The notes under the pieces: model-generated
Databases searched by the model: none
The model's input: only the letters and a program-made list of their open reading frames with translations
Told to the model about the DNA's origin: nothing
Assembly: GCA_951406725.2 (NCBI GenBank)
Contig: OX597818.1
Location: forward strand, 36,952,001-37,016,000
DNA from: Octopus vulgaris
Taxonomy: Eukaryota
Direction: 5' to 3'
Length of the DNA stretch: 64,000 bases
Part shown: positions 1 through 11,458 of the stretch, piece by piece
Numbering within the stretch: position 1 is the first letter of the stretch
Layout: each line of letters starts with the position of its first letter
Position numbers and translations under genes: made by a program

Positions 1-702
1 ATATATTACAGTATAGTAAAGTATATTATATTACATCATAGTATTGTATATTATAACATATAATATAGTATAGTATAATATATATCATCTTATAGTATAT
101 TATATCATATGTCCCTGTCCCTATGTATATATGAGTGTATATGGGTATAATGAGGGTGCAACAGAATTTATCAAAATTTGCCATCAGTTTATCTGGAGAC
201 ATTTTTACTGTCAAATTTTGAAATAAAAGTGCTGATCATTGAGCAATAGCAAAATTAGTGTTTTAGAGAAAATTAAACATACAGAGATAGTTTCATTGGG
301 TAAATATGATTTGAAAAGAATATGAATTATACAATCTGTTTCAATTATGTAGAAGAAGGAAGAAATAAAAAGCTAAAACCATTAAGTCTAATTCTGATAT
401 CGTGTGGTTGTCTCAGATTATAAGATATTTTAAAGATATTAGAAAGAAAAAGTGCAGTCATTGACATTCTGAGTAAATTTCTGGAAATGGTAAAATATTT
501 TGGTAAATTTTACAAATACTAGTAAGAAGTATTTTGAATCAACACCTTTGTGCAAGAACTCTATTGCTTATTTGTCTGTTGATTTTTGTTGTTTTTTAAA
601 GAACATTAGGGAGTTGTAAAGCAGAATTCCTTAGAAAGAAATTCTCATTGACTGGAAAGAAAAGGTTTAAATGTGTTTGTCATTGAATTAAGTAACATTT
701 AA

Positions 703-1013
703 GGGATCTTTTCGGTTTGACCGGCAGTTTTTTTTAATAATTTCCACGTAACTAAACACTTTTAAACTTCATACTGGTAGAATGTGTTTATAAAACATCT
801 TTTTCTCTCGGCTTTATTGCGAAAATTCAATAGTTTGTAAGATATTTGTTGTTGTTTTTTTCTTCAATTTCTGCAATTTCAACCAATCAATGACGTCTAT
901 TGAGGTGAAAACATTCTGTGCCGTATGAATATGTCCCTCGTTTAAGAAGCAAATTGGGTTTATTTACATTTCTGAAGAAAAAAGGTATCCTTCCCCCCAC
1001 CCCTAACCCTAAC
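703..1013. mobile_element. Probable one-ended DNA-transposon/MITE remnant ending in telomere-like CCCTAA repeats
   Basis: Starts after TTAA (699-702) with gggatcttttcggtttg and stops at cccctaaccctaac; no second terminus in the window. Confidence 0.4.
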
Positions 1014-1147
1014 TAATTTTGAGGGCTGGTGGAACACGGAACTACGTTTCCTCGCTCATACCTCGTATGAGCGCAAAGATTGAAAATGCTAAAGTTGATG
1101 GAGGAATTTTCTTATCGAAGACTTTTAGTAATGCAATCATTTCACAA

Positions 1148-1412
1148 GTGGAGGCGCGTGGCTTAGTGGTTAGGGTGTCAGCACCATGATCGTAAGATTG
1201 TGGTTTCGATTCCTGGACCTGGCGACGCGTTGTGTTCTTGGGTAAAACACTTCATTTCACGTTGCTCCAGTCCACTCAGCTGGCAAAAATGAGTAACGCT
1301 GCGATGGAATGGCGTCCCGTCCAGCTGGGGAACACATACGCCATAGAAACCGGGAAACCAGGCTCATGAGCCTGGCTAGGCTTTAAAAAGGGCGCATTTA
1401 TTATTTATTATT
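1148..1412 (+). mobile_element. tRNA-derived SINE (CORE-like body), full length with 13-bp TSD
   Basis: A box TGGCTTAGTGG, B box GGTTTCGATTCC, (TTA)-type tail; aatcatttcacaa duplicated at 1135-1147 and 1413-1425; second copy at 37481. Confidence 0.9.
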
Positions 1413-1780
1413 AATCATTTCACAAAGAATACCAATAAGACAAGTTCGATTCTCATCGTATTGATATTGCTTAGACTAAATGATTAACTATTTCTTTCCT
1501 ATTTTTTCACAGTAGTTTATAAAAATAGATAGACAGGTAGTTAAATAGAAAACAACTAGTGGGACGATTATATAGTAAAAATATAAACAAAATTTAATTT
1601 TTGAGAATGCATACAATGGATAGATTGATAGCAGTACAATTATATAATATATAAATTGATGTAAAAGAAATCTAATTTTTGTAGGAGCATATAATAAATT
1701 CAGGATTCCTGTTTCACCAAAAGATTACCTGATTTTCTTTCTTTTCATTTTCCCATAATGCCTGTATATATATATATATA

Positions 1781-2127
1781 CTCTCTCTTTACTCTTTTAC
1801 TTGTTTCAGTCATTTGACTGTGGCCATGCTGGACCACCACCTTTAGTCGAGCAAATCGACCCCAGGACCTATTCTTTGTAAGCCTAGTGCTTATTCTATC
1901 GGTCTCTTTGCCGAACCGCTAAGTTACGGAGACGTAAACACACCAGCATCGGTTGTCAATCGATGTTGGGTAGACAAACACAAACATATACACACACTTA
2001 CATATATACATATATACGACGGGCTTCTTTCAGTTTCCGACTACCAAATCCACTCACAAGGCTTTGGTTGGCCCGAGGCTATAGTAGAAGACACTTGCCC
2101 AAGGTGCCACGCAGTGGGACTGAACCC
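1781..2127 (-). mobile_element. SINE family A (tRNA head, internal microsatellite, CR1-like tail), head truncated
   Basis: Reverse complement of the full copy at 25641-26053. Confidence 0.9.
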
Positions 2128-2149
2128 AATACATATCCAATATATAGAT

Positions 2150-2355
2150 GAAGCTTAGTTTCAAATTTTTGCGCAAAACCAGCAATACCGTCGATTAGGT
2201 CGATTATATTAGCTTCAGTGCTCAACTGGTATTTAATTTATCGACCCTGAAAGATGACAGGTAGAGTCGACCTCGGCAGGATTTGAACTCAGAACGTACA
2301 GGCGGATGAATTACCGCCAAGCATTTTTACCCAAGTGCTGACGGTTCTTCCAGTT
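2150..2355 (-). mobile_element. Degenerate SINE family M
   Basis: tcgaccctgaaagatg...gtcgacctcggcaggatttgaactcagaacg matches the reverse complement of 2778-3005. Confidence 0.7.
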
Positions 2356-2777
2356 CAGTTGTAAACAAAAGAAGTACTCTGCACACGTAACGTGTCGGGT
2401 ACAAGCTTTTGCTGTCGGGTTGCGTGTCCGATATACAAGCTTACATGAAAAAGCACTCGCTCATACACGAACATATGTGTGTGCTGCATGTAGCGGGTGA
2501 GGAAACTTGTGGCTAAAAATTCCCATTGCAATCTAGAGATCCTTAGTTCGATATTATTACATGACTTACTGGGCATGCGGTTTTTACCTAGCCATGGCTC
2601 ACCCTAAAACTTCTGAGTAAATTTCAGTCGACAGACATTGTGTGGGAAGTCAGTCGAATGGGCTACAAACGGAATAAGAAGGACTTTTTTGTTTCTCTCT
2701 GGGTCACGCTGAATCTGCCTGAAGACTACGTTAAGAGTAAGAGTGTCTGGGACAAAGTTATCTATAACTTGATATAC

Positions 2778-3005
2778 GGCGAGCTGGCAGAAACGTTAGC
2801 GCGCCGGGCGAAATGCTTAGCGGTATTTCGTCTGCCGCTATGTTCTGAGTTCAAATTCCGCCGAGGTCGACTTTGCCTTTCATCCTTTCGGGGTCGATAA
2901 ATAAAGTACCAGTTTTGCACTGAGGTCGATGTAATCGACTTAATCCCTTTGTCTGTCCTTGTTTGTCCCCTCTATGTTTAGCCCCTTGTGGGTAGTAAAG
3001 AAATA
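2778..3005 (+). mobile_element. SINE family M (tRNA-like head, gcctttcatcctttcggggtcgataaa central domain, possibly Meta-domain) with 15-bp TSD
   Basis: B box GAGTTCAAATTCC; tataacttgatatac at 2763-2777 and 3006-3020; near-identical copies at 42545 and 62706. Confidence 0.9.
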
Positions 3006-4447
3006 TATAACTTGATATACGTGTATATTACTTACGAGATTTAAGTAATTTACTAGTTACAAAAAGTATTTCGACATCATTTTCAAGTACCACACTTTGC
3101 CAAATTCTCGGCGACTACATCCTTTCATTGCAATACAGTGAAACTGGATGTGTTGGACGAAAAGAATTTTGTGGGTGGTTTCTCGCTTCCTTCTCACAAC
3201 AAAAAGAAACAGGTTCTGAAAGGAAGCGAACCCAGTTCTCGATTGCAACTTCATTTCATCAATATCGAAAAGATGAAAACAAAGCTGACCCCGGCAGTAT
3301 TCAGAATGCAATGAGCTGGAACAAATAACTATGCTCTAATGATTTCAGCAATCGACCGCCCTATATTTCAATATAACGTCTGTTAATAGTATAAGATTTG
3401 CATATATATAGACGGGGGACCAAATGTATTTATTTTTATTGTAAACATTGCTAAATTCTATTCTAATAATCGTCTCGCAGTTATTATTGTGAATGGTACT
3501 GGCGGTTTTAGTGTTTATAAGGGACAATTTTTTCCTCTTTTTCTTCGTCATCTTACCAGGCTGGTTTTAAATTTAAATGGTTGAAGGTAGTATTTTCGAT
3601 TTCAATTTTTATTTAATGAATCGATTATTTTATTTGTGTATGTGTTAGTTTGCAAGTTTGTTTTCTCCTGGGTGAGGTCAATGAGCGAATCAACCACTTA
3701 TCTCTGTACCCGTCTCTTTATATCTACTTAACCATGGATATTAATGGGGGCGGGATGTGTTGGAGAATTCATTACTGATGCTTGCTATCAATTCTGAAAA
3801 GAAGTGTACGCTGTATAATTTTGTCCCCTTATTTGAATTTGCCATGAATTAAATGTAAACTTTTGAAAAGAAAAAATATATATATCTGTCTGAAATGACG
3901 CTTTCGTACGTGTTTCGACATTAAGGTCAATACATAATGAACTGCGATTCCTTATTGTATTAATGAAGAAAAGGGGAAAAGGCAGCAAGAAAAGAACGTC
4001 AAATTTAAGTAAATACCATCCAAAGTGATTTTACTTCGCTCGGAGGACAAAGACTGGCTTTACCTATCCACTTCCACAAACATTTCCACATTTTAAAACT
4101 CACCATCTCGTTCTACTCCTTGTGACAGTGGAACATTTACCTTATATTAGTGAAAGATATAGTAACAACGTAAACTACTTCTGGTGGAATAATATTAAGA
4201 AGATAGAGCTTGTAGCTGACAGTTTCGGAGTTCCTCATCCTGAAACTGGTATCGCAATACGTTAACCTAAAAATATGTTCTTTCTCAAATTGTGTCATTT
4301 TCAGACGGCAAAGCATTATCCGAAGAAGATACGGTTGCTAATTCTTGCAATTCGAGCGATAGAGTAGAATATTAAGTTAACTTAAAATGTATCGTTTCCC
4401 CAAAAATAGTTTGTACGTGATATAATGGACGGAATATATACATATAT

Positions 4448-4479
<32 letters not shown>

Positions 4480-4703
4480 CTGTAAATGTAATATGTAAAT
4501 TATTCGGTAACCATGATAAAACTCCGAGTTTCGGATGTGGAAATCCACACTGCTATCTCTTCAGTTATCCGGCCATCGGAAAGATGCTATGAAAAATGAT
4601 CGTTATACAAAGGGAAATTACTGTGTGATACATATTACCTTTACAGATAAATTTACATAATATCGAGGTCTCTTTCTTTCTTTTGTTGTCTTACCATTTT
4701 TAT

Positions 4704-4706
<3 letters not shown>
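4480..4706 (-). mobile_element. (TA)n-embedded Penelope-like remnant with hammerhead-like motif
   Basis: Flanked by TA arrays; minus strand reads CTGAAGA...GAAAC at 4564-4528. Confidence 0.4.
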
Positions 4707-4737
<31 letters not shown>

Positions 4738-5581
4738 TAGAAAGTATTCTATATATATACTTGCTTTTCCTAGGCTTACAGCTGTTTCACAGCCTACATC
4801 CTGCTTTAATAAAATAGTGTACAAAAAATTATTTTACATGCTGTACCAATATGCATGATGCATCCATAAATGAGCTAGCCTTCTTTATCTACATTGATTT
4901 GTAAATGTACCATTGTATTGTATAATGCATAATATTCATATTGGTCCAGATATATAAAATAATTTATCATACACTAAGTTAGTACTGCATTATCAAGGCT
5001 GCAAACCGGTTGTAATTCTAGGGATATCAAGTAATTAAACAAATATATCCACCTCTCATCCCTCCTGACGTTTTATGGTTTATATAAACCTTATCGGATA
5101 TCTTGGAATTCAGCTGCATAAAACCCTGCATTATACTCTTCCATATTGGATTACTATGCGGTATGGTGGTATGAAAGCCGGATCCACTAGAGGAGCTTTC
5201 TGTGATAGCCACATGATTCTATGAATCTATATAATGCAGAAAATGTTTATATACATATTTATACGTGTATATATATATATGTGTGTGTGTGTGTGTAGTA
5301 TATGTATGTATGTATGCATGTATGTATGTATGCATCCATGCATGCATGCATGTATAGATAGATACGTACATACATACATGCATTCATGCATACATACATA
5401 CATACATAAGAAATTAGGATAGCACAAGTTTATATTATAATGCCAACGTGCGTTTCAACATTATTATTGTTTTGAGTCCTGCAATTTATATGCTCAACAG
5501 CAAACGAATTATCAGTGTGTAATTTACTGCATTGTTACAAATAACTATGACATAGTTATCCGAAATCCTTATACTTCATTT

Positions 5582-5593
5582 ACTATATATATA

Positions 5594-5632
<39 letters not shown>

Positions 5633-6085
5633 AAGCAATTAAGATTCAAGTCAATTCTAATGAATTTACTTGAATGCGGTACTTAACTTAGATGCACCAG
5701 AAAACTATATGGTGTTAACCATACAGTAATGTCGGGTGATTATAAACGAGAAAGAAGCAACAAGAATGGATTAGTTTTTAGTACAATTGTTTCATACAAA
5801 GACAGGCTTTATTAAAAGTTGCAAAAATTGCAGCAGATAAAAGTGTCCCGTACGGGACACTTTTATCTGCTGCAATTTTTGCAACTTTTAATAAAGCCTG
5901 TCTTTGTATGAAACAATTGTACTAAAAACTAATCCATTCTTGTTGCTTCTTTCTCGTTATATATTCGTGTGTGTGTGTATGTGTGTGTACATATATAGTT
6001 ATGTATTTTTATTTATGTGTGTATATATATATGTCAATATATATACATATGTATGTATTTTTATGTATGTATATGTATAGATATT

Positions 6086-6135
<50 letters not shown>

Positions 6136-6438
6136 AGCAATTAAGATTCAAGTCAATTCTAATGAATTTACTTGAATGCGGTACTTAACTTAGATGCACC
6201 AGAAAACTATATGGTGTTAACCATACAGTAATGTCGGGTGATTATAAACGAGAAAGAAGCAACAAGAATGGATTAGTTTTTAGTACAATTGTTTCATACA
6301 AAAACAGGCTTTATTAAAAGTTGCAAAAATTGCAGCAGATAAATTTTTGCAACTTTTAATAAAGCCTGTCTTTGTATGAAACAATTGTACTAAAAACTAA
6401 TCCATTCTTGTTGCTTCTTTCTCGTATATATATATATA

Positions 6439-6472
<34 letters not shown>

Positions 6473-6571
6473 TGTACATATATAGTTATGTATTTTTATT
6501 TATGTGTGTATATATATATGTCAATATATATACATATGTATGTATTTTATGTATGTATATGTATAGATATT

Positions 6572-6610
<39 letters not shown>
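5582..6610. repeat. Tandem duplication (~500-bp unit) of a fold-back element plus flanking microsatellite
   Basis: aaagcaattaagattcaagtc... at ~5632 and ~6134; the same downstream flank at ~5968-6090 and ~6456-6580. Confidence 0.9.
5745..5958. repeat. Perfect 214-bp palindrome without spacer
   Basis: 107-bp arms centred on cccgt|acggg (5851/5852). Confidence 0.95.
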
Positions 6611-6613
<3 letters not shown>

Positions 6614-6793
6614 TATATACATATGTGTAAGTACGTATATATATATGTATGTATATGCATATATGTATGTATGTATGTATATGCATATATATATATGTAT
6701 ATGCATATATATATATATATATATATACGTAAGTATGTATTTGCATATATATATGTATGTATGTATTTGCATATATATATGTATGTATGTATA

Positions 6794-6828
<35 letters not shown>

Positions 6829-6914
6829 TTACATATGTATATACATATAGACATACATGTGGTGGTTGTCTACTCCTTATACAGAGTTTAACCACCTCCT
6901 GTACCTACACCTTA

Positions 6915-7740
6915 GCACCATCATGGCATCTGATGTGGCTTTTTAACTAGACAATGTTCTGAAAAAACACCCACATAGATTGCACCCCCGATGTGGACCA
7001 CAAAGAGCTGCAGATAAGTTCTGCTTTTTGTGGATCTTAAAATGTCTCTTGAGGCCTCCGTTGGATTTGCTTACCTTCTGACATACACTGCATTCAAAGG
7101 TGTGCACAGACATAAAGGCAGAATAGTTGGTGGATTTCTTTTCACATGCGTTCACAGATGAGATTTGTAGGCCAGTAAAAGACAGGTATGGTCTGTCACA
7201 GACTGTGCACGTAAAAAGGTCATTGTCATTCACCTTCTCGATCGTTACATTCTTCCTTAGATCAATTTTGAGTCTAACTTGTGTTATCCTGGCCCCTTCA
7301 AATGCTTGCACTCCACTCCAAACCTTTGTTCCCCATCCAACTCGATCCGAAGCAACGGTTTCTATATCTTCTGGAACCATTCCCAGTGACTTCATAGTAG
7401 TCCTTATGCCGTCCTTAAACCTTTTTTTTAGGTTTACGCCAATAGTGTTTCCTCTCTGTATGCTCACCATAAAACAGTCGTTGCGGTATGCGTTCATCTG
7501 CCATTCGAACAATATGGCCACACCATCTGAAATGGTTCCGCAAAATCATAGCTTTAACTGAAGTGATGCCTGCAGATGAGTAAAGCAACTCCATTTAATT
7601 TTTTAAATGCGATGAAGGTATTTTTGGTGGAATTTAAAATGCCTTTCATAACATGTTCAAGTTTCACAGGAATATAACAGGGATGGTAAGAGAAATGATT
7701 TGCAAAGAGCCAGCTTTGTATTATTATTTATATGTCGCTG
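6915..7740 (-). mobile_element. RTE-clade LINE 3' fragment (RT C-terminus plus C2H2 zinc fingers), decayed
   Basis: Frameshifted RWCGHIVRMADERIPQ...KKRFKDGIRTTMKSLG...SDRVGW, typical of the RTE ORF end; CSVCQKVSKSNGGLKRHFKIH finger. Confidence 0.8.
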
Positions 7741-7934
7741 GCACTAACACGTGACTGGCTGGCTAAGAATGGCAAAACTTTCAATGAAAATTTTTGTGAC
7801 TAAATAAAGGCATATGTCAGGCTGGTAACTCTGTGAACACCGGCTGCAAGAGGCGACCATCCTTGCCTCATATGTGCATTAAGTTTGTAGATCTAGCAGG
7901 ACTGAAAAGCCACATCCATATTGCCAAAAGTTAA

Positions 7935-8097
7935 CCCTTTTGCTACCAACAAGCCTGAGTTCACCCTTGGTTCTATGATAAAAATTTCTTGCTTTAAATT
8001 GAGCGAAATTAAAACTTTCCTTCAATAGTTTATGCTTAATTTGTTCTCAACACCCGCTTAGTAATAAAATTATTTAAAAACATGGTCACAAAAGGGG
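7935..8097. mobile_element. Degenerate piggyBac-like MITE
   Basis: TTAA then cccttttgctacca ... tggtcacaaaagggg, imperfect TIRs; right-hand TTAA absent. Confidence 0.35.
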
Positions 8098-8144
8098 TCG
8101 GGATAATCGAGCGATGGAATTGCTCGAAATCCAGTTTTAACCAG

Positions 8145-8193
<49 letters not shown>

Positions 8194-8200
8194 TTATATT

Positions 8201-8612
8201 CTTTTACTTGTTTCAGTCATTTAACTGGGGACTGAGGCCACTGAAGTACCGCCTTAAAGGGCTTTAGGCGAAGAAATCGACCCCCAAGACTTATTGTTTG
8301 TAAGCCTAGTACTTGTTCTATCGGTATCTTTTGCCGAACCGTTAAGTTATGAGGATGTAAACACGCCAACACCTGTTGTCAAGCGCAATGTTGGGGACAA
8401 ACATACACTGACACAAACACACACATACACACATATATATATATATTACCACGGGCTTCTTTCAGTTTCCATCTACCATTTCCTCTCACAAGGCCTTGGT
8501 CGACCTGAGGCTATAGTAGAGAACACTAACTCAAGGTGCCGCGCAATGGGACTGAACTCGAAACCATGTGGTCAGGAAGCAAGCTTCTTACCACAAAGCC
8601 ATACATTCGCCT
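8201..8612 (-). mobile_element. SINE family A, diverged
   Basis: Colinear with the reverse complement of 25641-26053. Confidence 0.85.
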
Positions 8613-8856
8613 CTGTGTGTGAGTATGTGTGTGTGTTTTGGAGTGTTTGTGCGAATATGAAATGGTGTACCATATATTACTATAATTCAAGATGGAATAA
8701 GACTATACATAATTATGTAGAATGTAGAATCGAAAATCCCTACAGAGTACCATCTGGTACAGTTTCATAGAACTGGATGATACATTAACAAGATTCGGAT
8801 CACTGGGGATGAATTGTGAACGCATAAGCTACATATGTTTTACGTGAGGATGTGAG

Positions 8857-8982
8857 CATGCGTGCGTGCGTGTGCATGCGTGCGTGCGTGTGCATGCGTG
8901 CGCGCGTGTGCATGCGTGCGTGCGTGTCCATGCGTGCGCGCGTGTGTATGTGTTGCCTGCGTGCGCGCGTGTGTGTGTGTGT
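8857..8982. repeat. Alternating purine-pyrimidine (GCGT/GCAT) tract
   Basis: gcatgcgtgcgtgcgtgt units repeated. Confidence 0.85.
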
Positions 8983-9135
8983 AAGTCTTTGTAAGGCTCA
9001 TTCATATTAGTGTGATGTAGTGTCTTCGCGATGGTTCATTTTACACCACGCTGCTCGAATGTGTGCATCTGTGTATGTGTTGTGTCTATGCGTATGTGCG
9101 TGTGTATGTTCGTGCCTGTGTGTACATGTACGTTA

Positions 9136-9513
9136 GAGTGGCTATGTGGTAAGTAGCTTGATTACCAACCACATGGTTCCGGGTTCAGTCCCACTGCGTG
9201 GCACCTTGGGCAAGTGTCTTCTACTATAGCTTCGGGCCGACCAAAACCTTGTGAGTAGACTTGGTAGACGGAAACTGTATATGTATATATATGTGTGTGC
9301 GTGTGTTTGTGTGTCTGTGTTTGCCCCTCCCCCTAGCATCACTTGACAACCGATGCTGGTGTGTTTACGTCCCCGTAACTTAGCGGTTCGGCAAAAGTAA
9401 CCGATTTAGAATAACTACTAGGCTTACAAAGAATAAGTCCGGAAGTCGTTTTGCTCGACTAAAGGCGGTGCTCCAACATGGCCGCAGTCAAATGACTGAA
9501 ACAAGTAAAAGAG
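9136..9513 (+). mobile_element. SINE family A
   Basis: A box TGGCTATGTGG, B box GGTTCAGTCC, tail ggcggtgctccaacatggccgcag...gtaaaagag. Confidence 0.9.
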
Positions 9514-9767
9514 GAACCATATAAAATATGTATGCGTATATATACGTGTATATACATACACATGTATGTAATATATGTGAGTATGAATATGTGCATTTAT
9601 ATCTACACTCACGTGTATACGTACATATTCGTGCATGTACATGTGCAAACAAGAAACATATTGAATATATATAGGTAGATAAGTAGTTAAATAGACACAG
9701 TGGGTCAGAGTGCTGAAGTTGATAAGTATAATCTTGTGATGTGTTTTGTAATATATATATACATCCG

Positions 9768-9828
<61 letters not shown>

Positions 9829-10374
9829 GTATATATATATATATATATATATACATATAGAGAGAGAAAGAATGAGAGAGTTAAATATATGTGTGTATTT
9901 ATACGTGTGTGTGTATGTGTTGTGTGTATGTGAAACTATGTGTGCAAGACATGTTTTCATACGTATGCCGATGTATTTATCTGCATGTGTGAGTGAATGC
10001 GAAAGGACACGCCCGCGCGTCACAGACGCACTATCTCAGATGTAAGTTGTATATGCTCCATAAACAATTGGCTGCTGTTCGGAGATGATGTATTTTCTTC
10101 CTTTACAGAAGAAAGCTAGTCTTTGTAATATATAGTACTGGTATGTGAAGTATTCGCTATCACTAGGAAAATATATGTATATATTTTTAAAACCATACTG
10201 AGGTCGGCTTCGCTTTCCGTATTTCCAACGTCATAGATTAAATGCCAATCATTTTTGTTCCTAGTCATCTTAGTATTGTTGTTGTTTTTTAGCCCGCGGT
10301 CAGCTCTCGTCTAGCAGACCTATGATCAAATGCATTCAAACTGTGACCACCCTAACTTTTTTACTTGCATAGTA

Positions 10375-10939
10375 TTGAGTTGCCCGGAAAGTTCGTGCCG
10401 ATTTATAGTAGCTTACCTTTCGAATTATTTTAGAACATGGTTGAGACCATAAAATAGGATTTGACTACACCTCCAATTAAAGCACAGTTTAAGCTATCTT
10501 TTCACGGAAGATGGTTTATGTTCCTATAACCTGTGTTAATTCTGTAACCCTTTTAAATGGAAGATAAGAAAGTTTATTTTCGGCACTTGATGCTTTGGGA
10601 ACCAGACAAAAATTGCTGCAGCTCGGCTGGGATGTGTTACCCCACCCTCCATATTCACTAGATATTACTCCTTCGGATTTCCACTTATTCAGGTCTGTAC
10701 AGAATAGTCTTAATGGTAAAAATTTCAATTCCTTGGATGACGTAAAAAGATACCTTGATGAATCTTTTCCATGAAACTACCTTAATTCTGAGAAGAGGGT
10801 ATTTTCAAGTTAAAGGAAATATGGAGATGTATTATGCAACAAAATGGTTCATATTTGGTTGATTAAAAATGTAATGGCAAGTATTTATTGACCTTTTTCT
10901 TTCTCTTAAAAATCGGCACGAACTTTCCGGACAACCCAA
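10375..10939 (+). mobile_element. Internally deleted mariner element with transposase C-terminus
   Basis: 30-bp TIRs ttgagttgcccggaaagttcgtgccgattt / aaatcggcacgaactttccggacaacccaa, TA on both sides; ~10600-10866 encodes LGWDVLPHPPYSLDITPSDFHLF...QQNGSYLVD* (YSPDLAP motif) with stop and frameshift. Confidence 0.92.
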
Positions 10940-11458
10940 TATATTTAAGAATAAGTGTAGCGGTGTGACGAAATCATTAAGAGCATTGGGCGAAGGAAGT
11001 GCCTTAGTGTGTTCTGGATCTTTATGGAGAGTTCAAATGCCACCATTTTACATCAAACCTCACTTTTCGATCGGGATTTAAATCCCAAAAACAAGAAACA
11101 AAAGCATTTCAGCGAAAACTGGGAGATGGGAAGAAATGCTTTTGAGCATACACAAACACCAACCCCCAGCAACAACTAGACATGTATTATCAATACCTTC
11201 ATCAAAGATAGATCCCCACAACCACCACCACCACTATCACTGGCACCACCATTATAAACACACGCAGAGCCTAATTCACACACACATACACAGAGTTAGA
11301 ATACGAACAAAAAGAATTAACTGCACTACCATAAATACAAGCAATAAGGAGCTAATGGATCACATACACCAATATTAATATATATCAATATATAAATGAT
11401 CAATTATAAAAATAGAAAAGAATAAAAACTAACTAGAAGTTAATTTTTTAAAAAGTTA

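Noticed and set aside
1148-1225. tRNA gene (also 37481, 44275, 55365)
   Set aside because: A and B boxes run into SINE body and tail; the 1148 copy has a TSD; cloverleaves are imperfect
1963-2151. Recurrent peptide RASFSFRLPNPLTRLW...RRHLPKVPRSGTEP
   Set aside because: Antisense translation of SINE family A, not a gene family
3057-3328. Overlapping 66-84 aa ORFs
   Set aside because: No motif, splice support or homology recognisable by eye
4105-4266. Possible minus-strand exon (ttttag ... gtgagt)
   Set aside because: Stops in all three frames and no recognisable protein
7022-7100. Host C2H2 zinc-finger gene
   Set aside because: In frame with an RTE RT tail and lacks TGEKP linkers; treated as part of the LINE
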